In this document: in pieces, positions 16,113 to 25,307 of the stretch
How positions within the stretch are numbered: the stretch's first letter is position 1
Layout: the number at the start of each line of letters is the position of its first letter
Origin: Candidatus Multivoradales bacterium
GTDB taxonomy: Bacteria > Acidobacteriota > Thermoanaerobaculia > Multivoradales > JAHEKO01
DNA length: 64,000 bases
Assembly: GCA_965223855.1 (NCBI GenBank)
Contig: CBDCXM010000009.1
Location: 1,632,001 to 1,696,000 of the forward strand
Reading direction: 5' to 3'
The notes under the pieces: model-generated
Seen by the model: the letters and a program-made list of their open reading frames with translations, nothing else
What the model was told of the DNA's origin: nothing
The model's database searches: none
Translations under genes and position numbers: made by a program

Positions 16113-16547
16113 TCAGTCCGGGGCGGGCAGTGGGATGCGCGGCCGGATCTGCGCCGGGTCGCCGTTCGAGTCGATCTGCACGTAGACCACCTCGGCCTCG
16201 GTGACCGTGACCCGGCTGCCGTCGGCGCTCAGCCGCTCGGCGTCGACGACCACCTTGACCGTGATCGAGGTGCGGCCGATGCGCGTCGTCTCGGCGTAGA
16301 AGCTCACCAGGTCGCCGACGAAGACCGGCTTGTGAAACTCGACTGCGCGCATGGCGACGGTGACGAGTCGCCCGGCGGCGTACCGACGGGCATCGACGGC
16401 TCCCGCCTGATCGATGTAGGAAAGGATGATGCCGCCGAAGATCGTCCCCTGAGGGTTGGTGTCTTTCGGCATCATCGACACCCGGATCGCTGCAGGGTGA
16501 CGCTTGTTCGATTCTTCTCCGGCGTGGCTGGGTTCAGTGTGGCTCAT
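16113..16547 (-). CDS. Acyl-CoA thioesterase (hotdog, YciA-like)
   Basis: MMPKDTNPQGTIFGGIILSYIDQAG, VEFHKPVFVGDLV, GRTSITV. Confidence 0.9.
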   Translation of the reverse strand: MSHTEPSHAGEESNKRHPAAIRVSMMPKDTNPQGTIFGGIILSYIDQAGAVDARRYAAGRLVTVAMRAVEFHKPVFVGDLVSFYAETTRIGRTSITVKVVVDAERLSADGSRVTVTEAEVVYVQIDSNGDPAQIRPRIPLPAPD

Positions 16548-17089
16548 GGCGTGGAAACGTCTCCGGCCGCTGCGAGTGCGAGGGCCTTGCGAACTGCGTT
16601 CTCGGGTGTGCTTGCGGTGGTGAGGGACTGCCGGTCGAGCGGTTGCGGCAGCTTCGCACTGCTGCCCGCCCACTCGCCCGGAAGGGCGTCGCCGAGCAGG
16701 ACGACCGGCCGACCGTGCTTGCGCGCCAGCGCGACCTCCGAGAGCGTACCCCAACCGCCGCCGACCGCGATCACCGCGTCGGCGTTGAGGACGACCAGCA
16801 GGTTGCGACCCTGCCCCAGGCCGGTGTAGATCGGGATCTCGATCCAGCGGTTGGGTGGCGACTCGTCGCGGCTCGCTCCGGGCAGGAGACCGAGGGTCGC
16901 TCCGCCCGCGCTCCGGGCGCCTCGAGCCGCCGCGGCCATGGCGCCGCCGCGGCCTCCGCAGACCAACACCGCGCCCGCTTCGGCGATCCCGCGCCCGATC
17001 GCCTCGACCTGTGCTCGATCGCCGTCGGGACCGCCTGAACCGACGACTGCGATCCTCGTCGGCCGGGAGAGATTCGTGAAATTCGGCAC
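16544..17089 (-). CDS. TIGR00725/LOG-like (SLOG) Rossmann-fold protein
   Basis: VCGGRGGAM, TGLGQGRN, ADAVIAVGGGWGTLSEVALA. Confidence 0.85.
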   Translation of the reverse strand: MPNFTNLSRPTRIAVVGSGGPDGDRAQVEAIGRGIAEAGAVLVCGGRGGAMAAAARGARSAGGATLGLLPGASRDESPPNRWIEIPIYTGLGQGRNLLVVLNADAVIAVGGGWGTLSEVALARKHGRPVVLLGDALPGEWAGSSAKLPQPLDRQSLTTASTPENAVRKALALAAAGDVSTP

Positions 17090-17118
17090 CGCTGCTCGAT
17101 GGTATCGTCCGTTTTCCC

Positions 17119-17709
17119 ATGGAGACCGAGGTTTCGAGGGCTAAGCGCGCCGCCGAGGATCGCGGCCTGATGGCGCAGATGGTCGAGGGCGACGAGGGCG
17201 CGCTGGGGCACCTGTACGACCGCTACGCCTCGATGCTGCTCGGTCTCGCGATGCGGGTGGTCGGCACGCCCGAAGAGGCGGAGGAAGTCGTCCAGGAAGT
17301 ACTGATCCAGGCCTGGAAGCAGGCCGAGCGCTACAACCCCGATCGCTCCTCGGTCGCCACCTGGCTGGTGATGATGACCCGCAGCCGCGCGATCGACCGG
17401 ATCCGCAGCCGCAACGTCGTCGATCGCACCCTGGCGGCGGCGCAGAAGGAGGAACGGCGCACCCATGAATCCCCCGAGGGGGGACGAAACGTACTGCAGC
17501 AGGAGCGAGCCGCTCGTCTGCAGACAGAGCTCGCTGCGTTACCGCCGGAGCAACGACAGGTTCTCGGACTGGCCTTCTTCTCCGGCATGACGCAGCGCGA
17601 GATCGCAGGCGAGACAGGAATCCCGCTCGGTACCGTGAAGACCCGAACCCTGTTGGCGATGAAGAAACTGAGAGCCGCCCTGAGCGAAGAGGCTGGAGAG
17701 CTGTTGTGA
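17119..17709 (+). CDS. ECF sigma factor, SigK-like
   Basis: LYDRY, AEEVVQEV, WLVMMTRSRAIDR, TQREIAGETGIPLGTVKTR. Confidence 0.9.
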   Translation: METEVSRAKRAAEDRGLMAQMVEGDEGALGHLYDRYASMLLGLAMRVVGTPEEAEEVVQEVLIQAWKQAERYNPDRSSVATWLVMMTRSRAIDRIRSRNVVDRTLAAAQKEERRTHESPEGGRNVLQQERAARLQTELAALPPEQRQVLGLAFFSGMTQREIAGETGIPLGTVKTRTLLAMKKLRAALSEEAGELL

Positions 17710-18545
17710 CCGAGCGTTACGACGAGTTCGGTTGGCTGCGCGAGTTCGACGGCTCGGAGCGCGACGAGGTCGACGGCTGGGCCGGCCTGTCGGCGGCCGA
17801 ACGGGCCGAGATCGAGCGCCTCGACGCCGAGGTGTTCGGCGCGCTGGTCGAGGGGCTCGATCCGGTGGAACCTTCCGCCGGCCTCAGGCAGCGCGTCCTC
17901 GACGCCGCCGCGCCCGCGGACGTCGTGCCGTTCGCAGCCTCGCAGCGCCCTGCCACGACTACCGCCGCCTCGCGCTGGCCGTTGCAGCTCGCGGCCGCGC
18001 TGGCGCTCGCCGCCTTCGGTGTCGCCTGGTGGTTCTCCGGCACCGTCCGCGATCAGCGCGGCCAGCTCGCGGAGCTCGAGCTCAAGGTGGAAGCGCTCGG
18101 CGTCGAATCGGCTGCGCTGGCGAGCCTGCGCGAAGATCTGGCGGCGGCGCGCGAAAATCTGCAGCTCGTCGGCGGAAAGGGAGTCGAGGTCTGCCCACTG
18201 CGGCCGCAGACGGCTTCGGCCGCCGCTTCGACCGGGCAGGCGATCGAACTCGAGGGCGCCCACGGCCTGCTGTTCGTCGCCGAGGACCACCAGCACTGGT
18301 ACCTGCGCACCGGCGGCCTCGAGCCGCGCGACGGCGAGTGGTACCGCGTGTGGTTCATCGTTAGCGACGGCAGCGCCGTGCCGGCGGGCAACCTGCTGGC
18401 CGGCGAACTCGATCTCGGTTCGCCGACGATGCCTGAAGACACCCGCGCCGTGCTGGTCACCCTCGAGTCCGAACCGGAGCCCGAGGAGCCGAGCGAGAGG
18501 CAGGTGCTCTACGGCGTCGGCGAAGAGATGATCCGGCTGATCTAG
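17706..18545 (+). CDS. Anti-sigma-K factor, RskA-like
   Basis: PSAGLRQRVL, TM helix, coiled coil, YRVW...PAG...VLVTLE; GTGA overlap with the sigma gene. Confidence 0.8.
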   Translation: MTERYDEFGWLREFDGSERDEVDGWAGLSAAERAEIERLDAEVFGALVEGLDPVEPSAGLRQRVLDAAAPADVVPFAASQRPATTTAASRWPLQLAAALALAAFGVAWWFSGTVRDQRGQLAELELKVEALGVESAALASLREDLAAARENLQLVGGKGVEVCPLRPQTASAAASTGQAIELEGAHGLLFVAEDHQHWYLRTGGLEPRDGEWYRVWFIVSDGSAVPAGNLLAGELDLGSPTMPEDTRAVLVTLESEPEPEEPSERQVLYGVGEEMIRLI

Positions 18546-18548
18546 CTC

Positions 18549-19277
18549 TCAGCCTCGCGGAGGTCGTGTCGGGCGCAGCTCGATGCGGCTCGGCAACGCC
18601 CGCTCGGGATAGTCGAGCAGGTCGGTGACGGCTCTGGCGACGTCCTCGTCGGTCAGCATCCAGTCGGTGTCGCTGCGACGCGACGGCGGGCGGAAGTCGG
18701 TGTCGACGCTGCCCGGCAGGATCGCCGTCACCCGGATGCCGTGGTGACGCAGGTCGAGCATCGCCGCCTCCGACATGCCGAGCAGGCCGAACTTGCTGGC
18801 GTTGTAGGCCGCGCCGCCGGCGAACGGGTTCTTCGCTGCCAGCGAGGCGATGTTGACGATCCAACCGGATCCCTGCTCGATCATCGCGCGGGCGGCGGCT
18901 CGCAGAGCGTAGAAGGCGCCGCTCAGGTTGGTGTCGATCACCAGCCGCCAATCGTCGTGGGAGATGGCGTCGACCGGCCCGAAGCGACCGAGCCCGGCGT
19001 TGTTGACGAGGCAGTCGAGGCGACCCGACGCCTCGACGACGGCGGCGACGAGGGAATCGACCTGGGACGCGTCGCGTATGTCGATCGTGTGGCCGTGCGC
19101 CGAGGACGAGTCGAGCTTCCGCAGCGCCTCGGCGACGCTTTCGTCGCTGCGGCCGCACAGATGGACCTGCCAGCCACGCTCGAGCAATGCGGAGACGACG
19201 GCGAGACCGATGCCACGTGTGCCGCCTGTGACCAGGGCGACAGGTGCGGGGTCTGAAGAGTTGTGGTCGGAGTGCAT
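18549..19277 (-). CDS. Short-chain dehydrogenase/reductase
   Basis: TGGTRGIG, NNAG, YNASK. Confidence 0.9.
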   Translation of the reverse strand: MHSDHNSSDPAPVALVTGGTRGIGLAVVSALLERGWQVHLCGRSDESVAEALRKLDSSSAHGHTIDIRDASQVDSLVAAVVEASGRLDCLVNNAGLGRFGPVDAISHDDWRLVIDTNLSGAFYALRAAARAMIEQGSGWIVNIASLAAKNPFAGGAAYNASKFGLLGMSEAAMLDLRHHGIRVTAILPGSVDTDFRPPSRRSDTDWMLTDEDVARAVTDLLDYPERALPSRIELRPTRPPRG

Positions 19278-19371
19278 GGCGGTGATTCTACGTCTCCGCA
19301 CCACGAATCGCCGCTGGTAGAATCGACGAGTTCACACGGCCCCGCGGGGCCGCCTGGAAGGAGTTTCAAGC

Positions 19372-20058
19372 ATGTTTTTCGATCCTGTCTACTTTCTCTT
19401 CGTCGGTCCGGCGATGCTGCTGTCGCTGTGGGCGAGCTGGAAGACGAAGTCTGCGTTCAACAAGTGGTCCAAGGTCCGCACGATGAGCGGCACCACCGGC
19501 GCCGAAGCGGCGACGAAGCTGCTCGAGAACGCCGGCATCACCGACGTCAAGGTCGTCCCGACCCGCGGCGTGCTGTCCGATCACTACAACCCGATCAACA
19601 AGACCCTCGCCCTCTCGGAGCCGGTCTACGGCTCGAACTCGGTCGCCGCCGTCGGCGTCGCCTGCCACGAAGCGGGCCACGCCATCCAGCACGCCCGCAA
19701 CTACCGCCCGATGTGGCTGCGCTCGGCCCTCGTGCCGACGACGAACATCGGCTCGAAGATCGGCTACTGGATCATGATCGCCGGCCTCTTCATGATGTCG
19801 TCGAACATCGGGCCGACGATGATCTACGTCGGCGCGGCCCTCTTCTCCCTCACCCTGATCTTCCAGATCGTCACCCTGCCGGTCGAGTTCGACGCCTCCA
19901 AGCGCGCCAAAGTCCTCGCCTTCGAGCAGGGCCTCGTCACCGATCAGGAGCGCCAGGGCGTCAGCGCCGTCCTCAACGCCGCGGCCCTGACCTACGTCGC
20001 AGCCGCGATCTCCACACTTCTCACCATCCTCTACTTCCTCTCCAGAGCTCGACGCTAA
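19372..20058 (+). CDS. Neutral zinc metallopeptidase (YugP-like, Zn_peptidase_2)
   Basis: LSDHYNP, HEAGHAIQH, TLPVEFDASKRA, AAALTYVAA. Confidence 0.9.
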   Translation: MFFDPVYFLFVGPAMLLSLWASWKTKSAFNKWSKVRTMSGTTGAEAATKLLENAGITDVKVVPTRGVLSDHYNPINKTLALSEPVYGSNSVAAVGVACHEAGHAIQHARNYRPMWLRSALVPTTNIGSKIGYWIMIAGLFMMSSNIGPTMIYVGAALFSLTLIFQIVTLPVEFDASKRAKVLAFEQGLVTDQERQGVSAVLNAAALTYVAAAISTLLTILYFLSRARR

Positions 20059-20084
20059 GCGGCGTACTTCGCCAACCGTCGTTT

Positions 20085-20460
20085 CGCGCGTCCCGAGGAT
20101 TCAGGCCGACAAAGCCCTTCTCCCCAACTGGCCGACCCGAGGACCGACCCCAGTTGGGGAGAACCCCTTTGTCGGCCTTGAGGGTAAGCCAAGAGGTGCA
20201 GCTTCTCGGCCAAGAGTGGAAGGGGGAAGGTGTGACGACCGAGCCTGCGGCTTTGTCTCTTGAGGGTTCGGCTACGTGCAGCCGCCGAGGGCCCGTTGTC
20301 TCTGGCGTCGCCTTCCGGCGACGCGTCCCCGGTCTCAACTGGGAGAAGCTGTAGCGCTCCGATCTATCAAGGGAGACAAAGGCTTTTCTCTGTCAGGGGT
20401 ATGGTCGGGTGAGGCCTGGCAGAGAAAGGGCTTTGTCTCCCTGAATCGACAGGACGCGCG
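20085..20460. repeat. Composite inverted-repeat element, copy 1 (two structured hairpin arms plus a 133-nt spacer); REPIN/MITE-like
   Basis: Hairpins at 20101-20181 and 20367-20444 are inverted homologues of each other and homologous to 36459-36829. Lies between convergent genes. Confidence 0.85.
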
Positions 20461-20469
20461 CAAACCCCG

Positions 20470-21828
20470 TCAGTCGGCCGGCTCACCCAGGATGGCCCTG
20501 AGCTCAGCCACGCGCGCCTCGAGCGCCTCCGGAGTCGCCGCCTCGCAGACGAGCCTCAGGTAAGGCTCCGTGTTCGAGGGCCGGACGTTGAACCACCAGT
20601 CGGAGTACTGGATCGTGATCCCGTCGACCTTGTCCAGCTCGCCGTCCGGGTAGCGTCGCTCGAGCTCCGCCATCGCCCCTTCCTTGTCCTCGACGACGAA
20701 GTTGATCTCCGGCGACTTCGAGTAGCGCTCCAGCCTGCCGGCGAGTGCGGACATCGGCTCGCCGCTCTTCCACAGCAGGTTGAGGATCTCGATCACCGCC
20801 ATCATCGACGAGTCGGCGTTGAAGTTGTCGCGGAAGTAGTAGTGGCCGGCGAGCTCGCCGCCGAACGGGGAGTTGCGCTCCCGCAGCGTCGCCTTGATGA
20901 AGGAGTGGCCGACCCGCTCGCGCACCGGCACGCCACCGTTCTCCCGGATGTACTCGGCCACCGCGCGTGAAGAGCGCAGGTCGTAGACGATCGCCGCGCC
21001 CGGCTCGCGCTGGAGGATCTCGCCGGCGATGAGCGCGGTCGAGAGATCGCTCCCTACCGGCCGGCCCTTCTCGTCGACGAAGGCGGCGCGGTCGGCGTCG
21101 CCGTCGAAGCAGACGCCGAGGTCGGCGCCCTCGCTCTTCACCAGCGCGCTCAGGTCGGCGAGGTTTTCGAGTTTCAGCGGGTTGGCTTCGTGGTTGGGGA
21201 AGGTGCCGTCGAGCTCGAAGTAGAGGGGCACCAGTTCGATACCCAGCTCCCGCAGCAGGTCCTCGTAGATCGTCCCCATGCCGTTGGCGGCGTCGACGGC
21301 GACCTTGAGGCGCCGGCCGTCTTCGGGCCGTCGCAGATGGGAGAGGACGAAGTCGCGGTAGTCGGAGCGGATGTCGCCTCGGGTCACCGTGCCGGGCGTC
21401 GCCGCCTGCGGCAGGTCGCCGGCGGCGACCTTCGCCTCCATGAGCGCGATGCCGGAGGCGCCGGAGACCGGTCGCGCCCCCTTGCGGCTGAACTTGAGGC
21501 CGTTGTAGCGACCCGGGTTGTGACTCGCCGTCACCTGGACGCCGCCCGCCGCACCGAGGTGGCCGACGGCGAAGTAGTTCATCGGCGTCGTTGCCAGCCC
21601 GATGTCGAGCACGTCGAGGCCGGAGGCCGTCAGGCCTTCGATCAGCGCCGCGGAAAGCGGCACGCTGCTGGTGCGCATGTCCCGGCTGACGACGATCGTG
21701 CTGTTGTCGGCCCGGTCCGAGTCGTCGAGCACGTGCTGGAACGCGAGTCCGATGGAGCGGGCCAGCTCCTCGTGGAGCTGGTCAGGGTAGATGCCTCGGA
21801 CGTCGTATGCCTTGAAGATTCCGGCCAT
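20470..21828 (-). CDS. Phosphomannomutase/phosphoglucomutase
   Basis: FKAYDVRG, TASHNP, FDGDADR, GELAGH, RPSNTEP. Confidence 0.93.
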   Translation of the reverse strand: MAGIFKAYDVRGIYPDQLHEELARSIGLAFQHVLDDSDRADNSTIVVSRDMRTSSVPLSAALIEGLTASGLDVLDIGLATTPMNYFAVGHLGAAGGVQVTASHNPGRYNGLKFSRKGARPVSGASGIALMEAKVAAGDLPQAATPGTVTRGDIRSDYRDFVLSHLRRPEDGRRLKVAVDAANGMGTIYEDLLRELGIELVPLYFELDGTFPNHEANPLKLENLADLSALVKSEGADLGVCFDGDADRAAFVDEKGRPVGSDLSTALIAGEILQREPGAAIVYDLRSSRAVAEYIRENGGVPVRERVGHSFIKATLRERNSPFGGELAGHYYFRDNFNADSSMMAVIEILNLLWKSGEPMSALAGRLERYSKSPEINFVVEDKEGAMAELERRYPDGELDKVDGITIQYSDWWFNVRPSNTEPYLRLVCEAATPEALEARVAELRAILGEPAD

Positions 21829-21897
21829 GGATGGTCCCTTCGGGAAAGTCGGGGGAGTTCAGGGAGGGAGCGTCGGCGGTTCTGCCGACGGCTCGAT

Positions 21898-22905
21898 TCA
21901 GGAGGTCGCGATCGTGTCGGAGCGACGCTCGAGGTGCTGCCGATAGCCGCGAACGAAGCGCGCCGCCGCCTCGAGGTGGGGAAGGTTGCCGCAGTCTTCG
22001 AAGACGTGGAGGTCGGCATGCGGCGCGCGTTGCAGCCACAGGTCGGCGGTCTCGACGGGCGGGTTGGCGGCCTGCCGCCCCCAGGCGAGCCATAGAGGCT
22101 GGGTGAGCCTGGAGATGCTCTCGAGCACGCGATGGTTGGAGTAGCCGCTGAGATAGGCGGCGAGCGCGACGTGGGCGCCCGGCTGGTGGCTCGAGTGGTA
22201 GAGGTGCCTCACATAGCCGGCGTCGGCGCGCTCCGGGGCATGGAAAACGTCTTTGCGCAGATACTGCCCGAGCGCCGTCTGGCTGGTGAAGAGGTTGAGC
22301 GCCGCAGTGCCGAAGATAGGGGTTCTCAGCAGCCAGTGTACGAGCGCGTCCTTGACGTCGGGCTCATCTCCTTCGACGTCGATGCCGGCAGGCACGACGA
22401 GCCCGAGGCCCGAGACGAGCTCGGGTCGGTCGACCGCGACCTGCGTGCAGTAGGCGGCGCTCAGGCCGGCTCCCAGCAAGGTCGTCCGCTCGCCGATGAC
22501 GTCCTCGCAGAAGGTGGTCAGCAGATCGATGTAGAGCTCGCCGTCGTAGGTGAGATCCGGCTTCTCGCTGCGACCCCAGCCGAGCAGGTCGATGGCATAC
22601 ACGGTGGCGTCGCCCGCGAGCACCTCGGCGACCTCGCGCCACTCCTCGCTGTCGTGCCCGGGGCCGAGGGAGTGGACCAGGAGGATCGGCTCTCCCGATC
22701 CGAGTCGCTGATAGGCGACTTCGCCGAGTTTCCAGGCGAAGCGCTGGCCGTCGCCCCAGGCGGCTCCGGCGAGGCGACGATTGCGCCGCGCGATGAGGGC
22801 GTTGGCGAGCGCCGGGATGCCGACGGCCGCCCCGCCGACCAGCAATCCCTTGAGGAGGCGGCCGCGGCGGCTGCGTTTCTGCTCTTCGTCCGAGTGGTTC
22901 GGCAT
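21898..22905 (-). CDS. Alpha/beta fold hydrolase with an N-terminal membrane anchor
   Basis: AIDLLGWGRS and GNLPHLE. The nucleophile elbow is atypical (GAGLS). Confidence 0.75.
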   Translation of the reverse strand: MPNHSDEEQKRSRRGRLLKGLLVGGAAVGIPALANALIARRNRRLAGAAWGDGQRFAWKLGEVAYQRLGSGEPILLVHSLGPGHDSEEWREVAEVLAGDATVYAIDLLGWGRSEKPDLTYDGELYIDLLTTFCEDVIGERTTLLGAGLSAAYCTQVAVDRPELVSGLGLVVPAGIDVEGDEPDVKDALVHWLLRTPIFGTAALNLFTSQTALGQYLRKDVFHAPERADAGYVRHLYHSSHQPGAHVALAAYLSGYSNHRVLESISRLTQPLWLAWGRQAANPPVETADLWLQRAPHADLHVFEDCGNLPHLEAAARFVRGYRQHLERRSDTIATS

Positions 22906-22999
22906 CGGGCGCGCGATGTTAGCAAGTGGCGGAGGAGAGGAGGAGGGGCGGCAGTTCCTGTCGGGGAAGGGGTATCGCCCACAGTAGTAGGGTCGCGCC

Positions 23000-23470
23000 G
23001 TGGGAAGAGAGTTCTCAATCCTCTGGATCGGGCGGCGGCGGCCGGAGTGGGAGGAGTTGTGCTCGCGCTACCGGACCCGGATCGAGCGCTCGGTCCCGGT
23101 GGTGGATCGCGTCCTGCGCTCGCCGACCGGACCGGACGACCGGCGAGTCGAGCTCGAAGCCGACTCGCTGCGGGCGGCCCTGCCGGAGCGCGCGTGGACG
23201 GTGGCGCTCGATCGTCGCGGGCGCCAGCGCTCCTCTCCGGAGATCGCCAGGTGGCTCACGCGGCGGCTCGAAGAGTGGCCGCACCCGGTCGTTTTTCTCA
23301 TCGGCTCCGATCTCGGCATCGCGCCGGAGTTGACCTCGGACTGCCGTGAACGGTGGTCGCTCGGCCCCCTCACACTGCCTCACGAGCTCGCCCGACTGGT
23401 GCTCTACGAGCAGCTCTATCGCGGTCTATCCATCGCTGCTGGAATCAAGTACCATCGCGGCCCGTTATAG
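23000..23470 (+). CDS. rlmH: 23S rRNA pseudouridine1915 N3-methyltransferase
   Basis: LDRRGRQRSS, FLIGSDLG, SLGPLTLPHELARLVLYEQLYR, KYHR. Confidence 0.92.
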   Translation: MGREFSILWIGRRRPEWEELCSRYRTRIERSVPVVDRVLRSPTGPDDRRVELEADSLRAALPERAWTVALDRRGRQRSSPEIARWLTRRLEEWPHPVVFLIGSDLGIAPELTSDCRERWSLGPLTLPHELARLVLYEQLYRGLSIAAGIKYHRGPL

Positions 23471-23501
23471 CGGTCTAACTCAGCCGGGAGGGTGATTTCG
23501 G

Positions 23502-23900
23502 GTGCCTAGCGCAAAGACAGCGACGCGGAAATTGGCCGAGAGTTCGAAGACTCGGTTCCGCCAGCAGCTCGAGAAGCATCGCGAGGAAATCCTGAGTCTC
23601 TACGAGCACGACCTCGAGGTCGGCAAGGGAGATTCGGACTTCGAGGCCGACGACCTGGTCGATCGGGCCAACCACGCCTACAACCGCGAGTTCATGCTCT
23701 CGCTCTCCGGCGGAGAGCGTGACCGGCTTCGCGAGATCGAGGCGGCATTGGCGCGTCTCGAGGACGACAGCTACGGAGTCTGCAAGCCGTGCGGCACGGT
23801 GATCCCTCAGGCGCGCTTGAAGGCGGTCCCGTGGGCGCGCTACTGTATCGATTGTCAGGAGCGCGAAGAGCAGGGAATGCTCGTCGATCCGGACGCCTAG
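23502..23900 (+). CDS. TraR/DksA C4 zinc-finger protein
   Basis: DLVDRA, YGVCKPCG..IPQARLKAVPWARYCIDCQE. Confidence 0.9.
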   Translation: MPSAKTATRKLAESSKTRFRQQLEKHREEILSLYEHDLEVGKGDSDFEADDLVDRANHAYNREFMLSLSGGERDRLREIEAALARLEDDSYGVCKPCGTVIPQARLKAVPWARYCIDCQEREEQGMLVDPDA

Positions 23901-23913
23901 ACACGGAACTCAG

Positions 23914-25299
23914 ATGAGGCTCAAGACGTTCGCGGGAATCCTCTTCGCCCTCGCGGTCGTCGTCTCCGTCGCCTACCTCTCGAATCAGAACGAGACCCTG
24001 CTCAACAGCAGGTTCGCGCTCAACCCGGTCGTCTCGCTACCACTCTATGTGGTGATGATCGGCGTCTTTCTCGCCGGCTTCCTGCCGGCGGTGTCGCTTC
24101 TGCTGCTGCAGTCGCTCAAGCGCGACCTGCAGGCGCGTCGCGACCGCCGTTCCAACCGGCAGGTCGAGAGCACCCGCGCCAGCTTCCGCAGGGCCGTGGA
24201 TCACCGGGCCGACGGTCTGTGGGGCAAGGCTCTCTCCGAACTCGAAGCGCTCGAGAAAGAGCAGCCCGAGAACTTCGGCACACTGCTCTACTACGGCGAG
24301 GCGCTCCGGGAGCTCGGCCGGGTCGACCAGGCGATCAACGTTCATCGTCGCCTGACCGTGCTCTATCCGCAGGGGCTGGCGGCGCTCTACGAGCTGGCGG
24401 CCGACTATGAGGCTGCGGAAGAGCCCGAGGTTGCCGATCAGATCTACGACCGCGTCCTGCGCGACTTTCCGGGGCAGGGGCTACGGGTCCACCGCCTCCG
24501 TCGCGACCGGGCGATCGAGGCGAAGGAATGGACGCTGGCCGGCGACGAGCAGGAGAAGGTCGACGCCCTGCTGGCGGGTTCGGGAGCGCCCGGTGAGAGT
24601 GAGGCCGAGGCTCGCGACGGGCTGCGCTACCAGAGCGCTGTTGCGCTGCTGCGATCCGACCGGCCCCGTGAGGCGCTCGAGGCATTGCGCGGCCTCCTCG
24701 AGCGGCGGCCCGACTTCGTACCCGCCCGCATCCTCCAGGGTGAAGTGCTCCAGGCGACGGGGGACGATCAGGGGGCACTGGCGGCCTGGAGTGCCGGGTT
24801 CGAGGAGAGCGGTCGAGCGGTCTACCTGCAGCGGATCGAGGACCACTTCATCGAGGCCGAGAACCCGATGCTGGCGATCGAGACCCTCCACGGCTGGATC
24901 GGTTCGGCACAGAGCGATCTGCTCCCGCGCTTCTACCTCGGCCGGCTCTACTACCGGCTCGAGATGCACGACGAAGCGCATCGGACGCTGGCGGCGATCG
25001 CCGATCGCGTCCGTTCCTCGCCGACCTATCACTACCTGATCGGCCGCATCCTCGAGCGCAAGGGCGACGCCGAAGGCGCGATCGCCGCCTATCGGACCAG
25101 TCTGCTGCAGGCGGGCATGGGTGAGGCGGAGTACATCTGCCGCAGCTGCGGCGATCGCCGCGTCGGCTGGGCGGCCTCGTGCGACCGCTGTGCGGCGTGG
25201 AACACCCTCGAGCTCGACTTCGAGGAAGAGACGCTCTCGGCCGAGGAGCTCGGCGTCCACGAGCGGCCGATCTACACCGTCGCCGACGAACCGGTCTGA
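23914..25299 (+). CDS. LapA-like/LapB-like TPR membrane protein with a C-terminal rubredoxin-type zinc ribbon
   Basis: Two N-terminal TM segments, TPRs (LRELGRVDQAINVH), YICRSCG...CDRCAAWNTL. Confidence 0.75.
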   Translation: MRLKTFAGILFALAVVVSVAYLSNQNETLLNSRFALNPVVSLPLYVVMIGVFLAGFLPAVSLLLLQSLKRDLQARRDRRSNRQVESTRASFRRAVDHRADGLWGKALSELEALEKEQPENFGTLLYYGEALRELGRVDQAINVHRRLTVLYPQGLAALYELAADYEAAEEPEVADQIYDRVLRDFPGQGLRVHRLRRDRAIEAKEWTLAGDEQEKVDALLAGSGAPGESEAEARDGLRYQSAVALLRSDRPREALEALRGLLERRPDFVPARILQGEVLQATGDDQGALAAWSAGFEESGRAVYLQRIEDHFIEAENPMLAIETLHGWIGSAQSDLLPRFYLGRLYYRLEMHDEAHRTLAAIADRVRSSPTYHYLIGRILERKGDAEGAIAAYRTSLLQAGMGEAEYICRSCGDRRVGWAASCDRCAAWNTLELDFEEETLSAEELGVHERPIYTVADEPV

Positions 25300-25307
25300 C
25301 CGACGGC

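Noticed and set aside
16113-17120. 335-aa ORF implying an N-terminally extended thioesterase (similar artefactual extensions at 12087-12713, 13400-14689, 29942-32329, 32348-33760, 45860-47467)
   Set aside because: The extensions overlap other real genes in a different frame; homology starts at internal start codons.
20085-20460. Reading the paired hairpin elements as CRISPR repeats, integron attC sites, tRNAs, simple terminators or small ORFs (GFRxTKPF peptides)
   Set aside because: There is no direct-repeat array or cas gene, no RYYYAAC/GTTRRRY boxes or integrase, no cloverleaf and no U-tract after the stems. The peptide similarity is a by-product of the DNA repeat and lacks consistent starts and stops.
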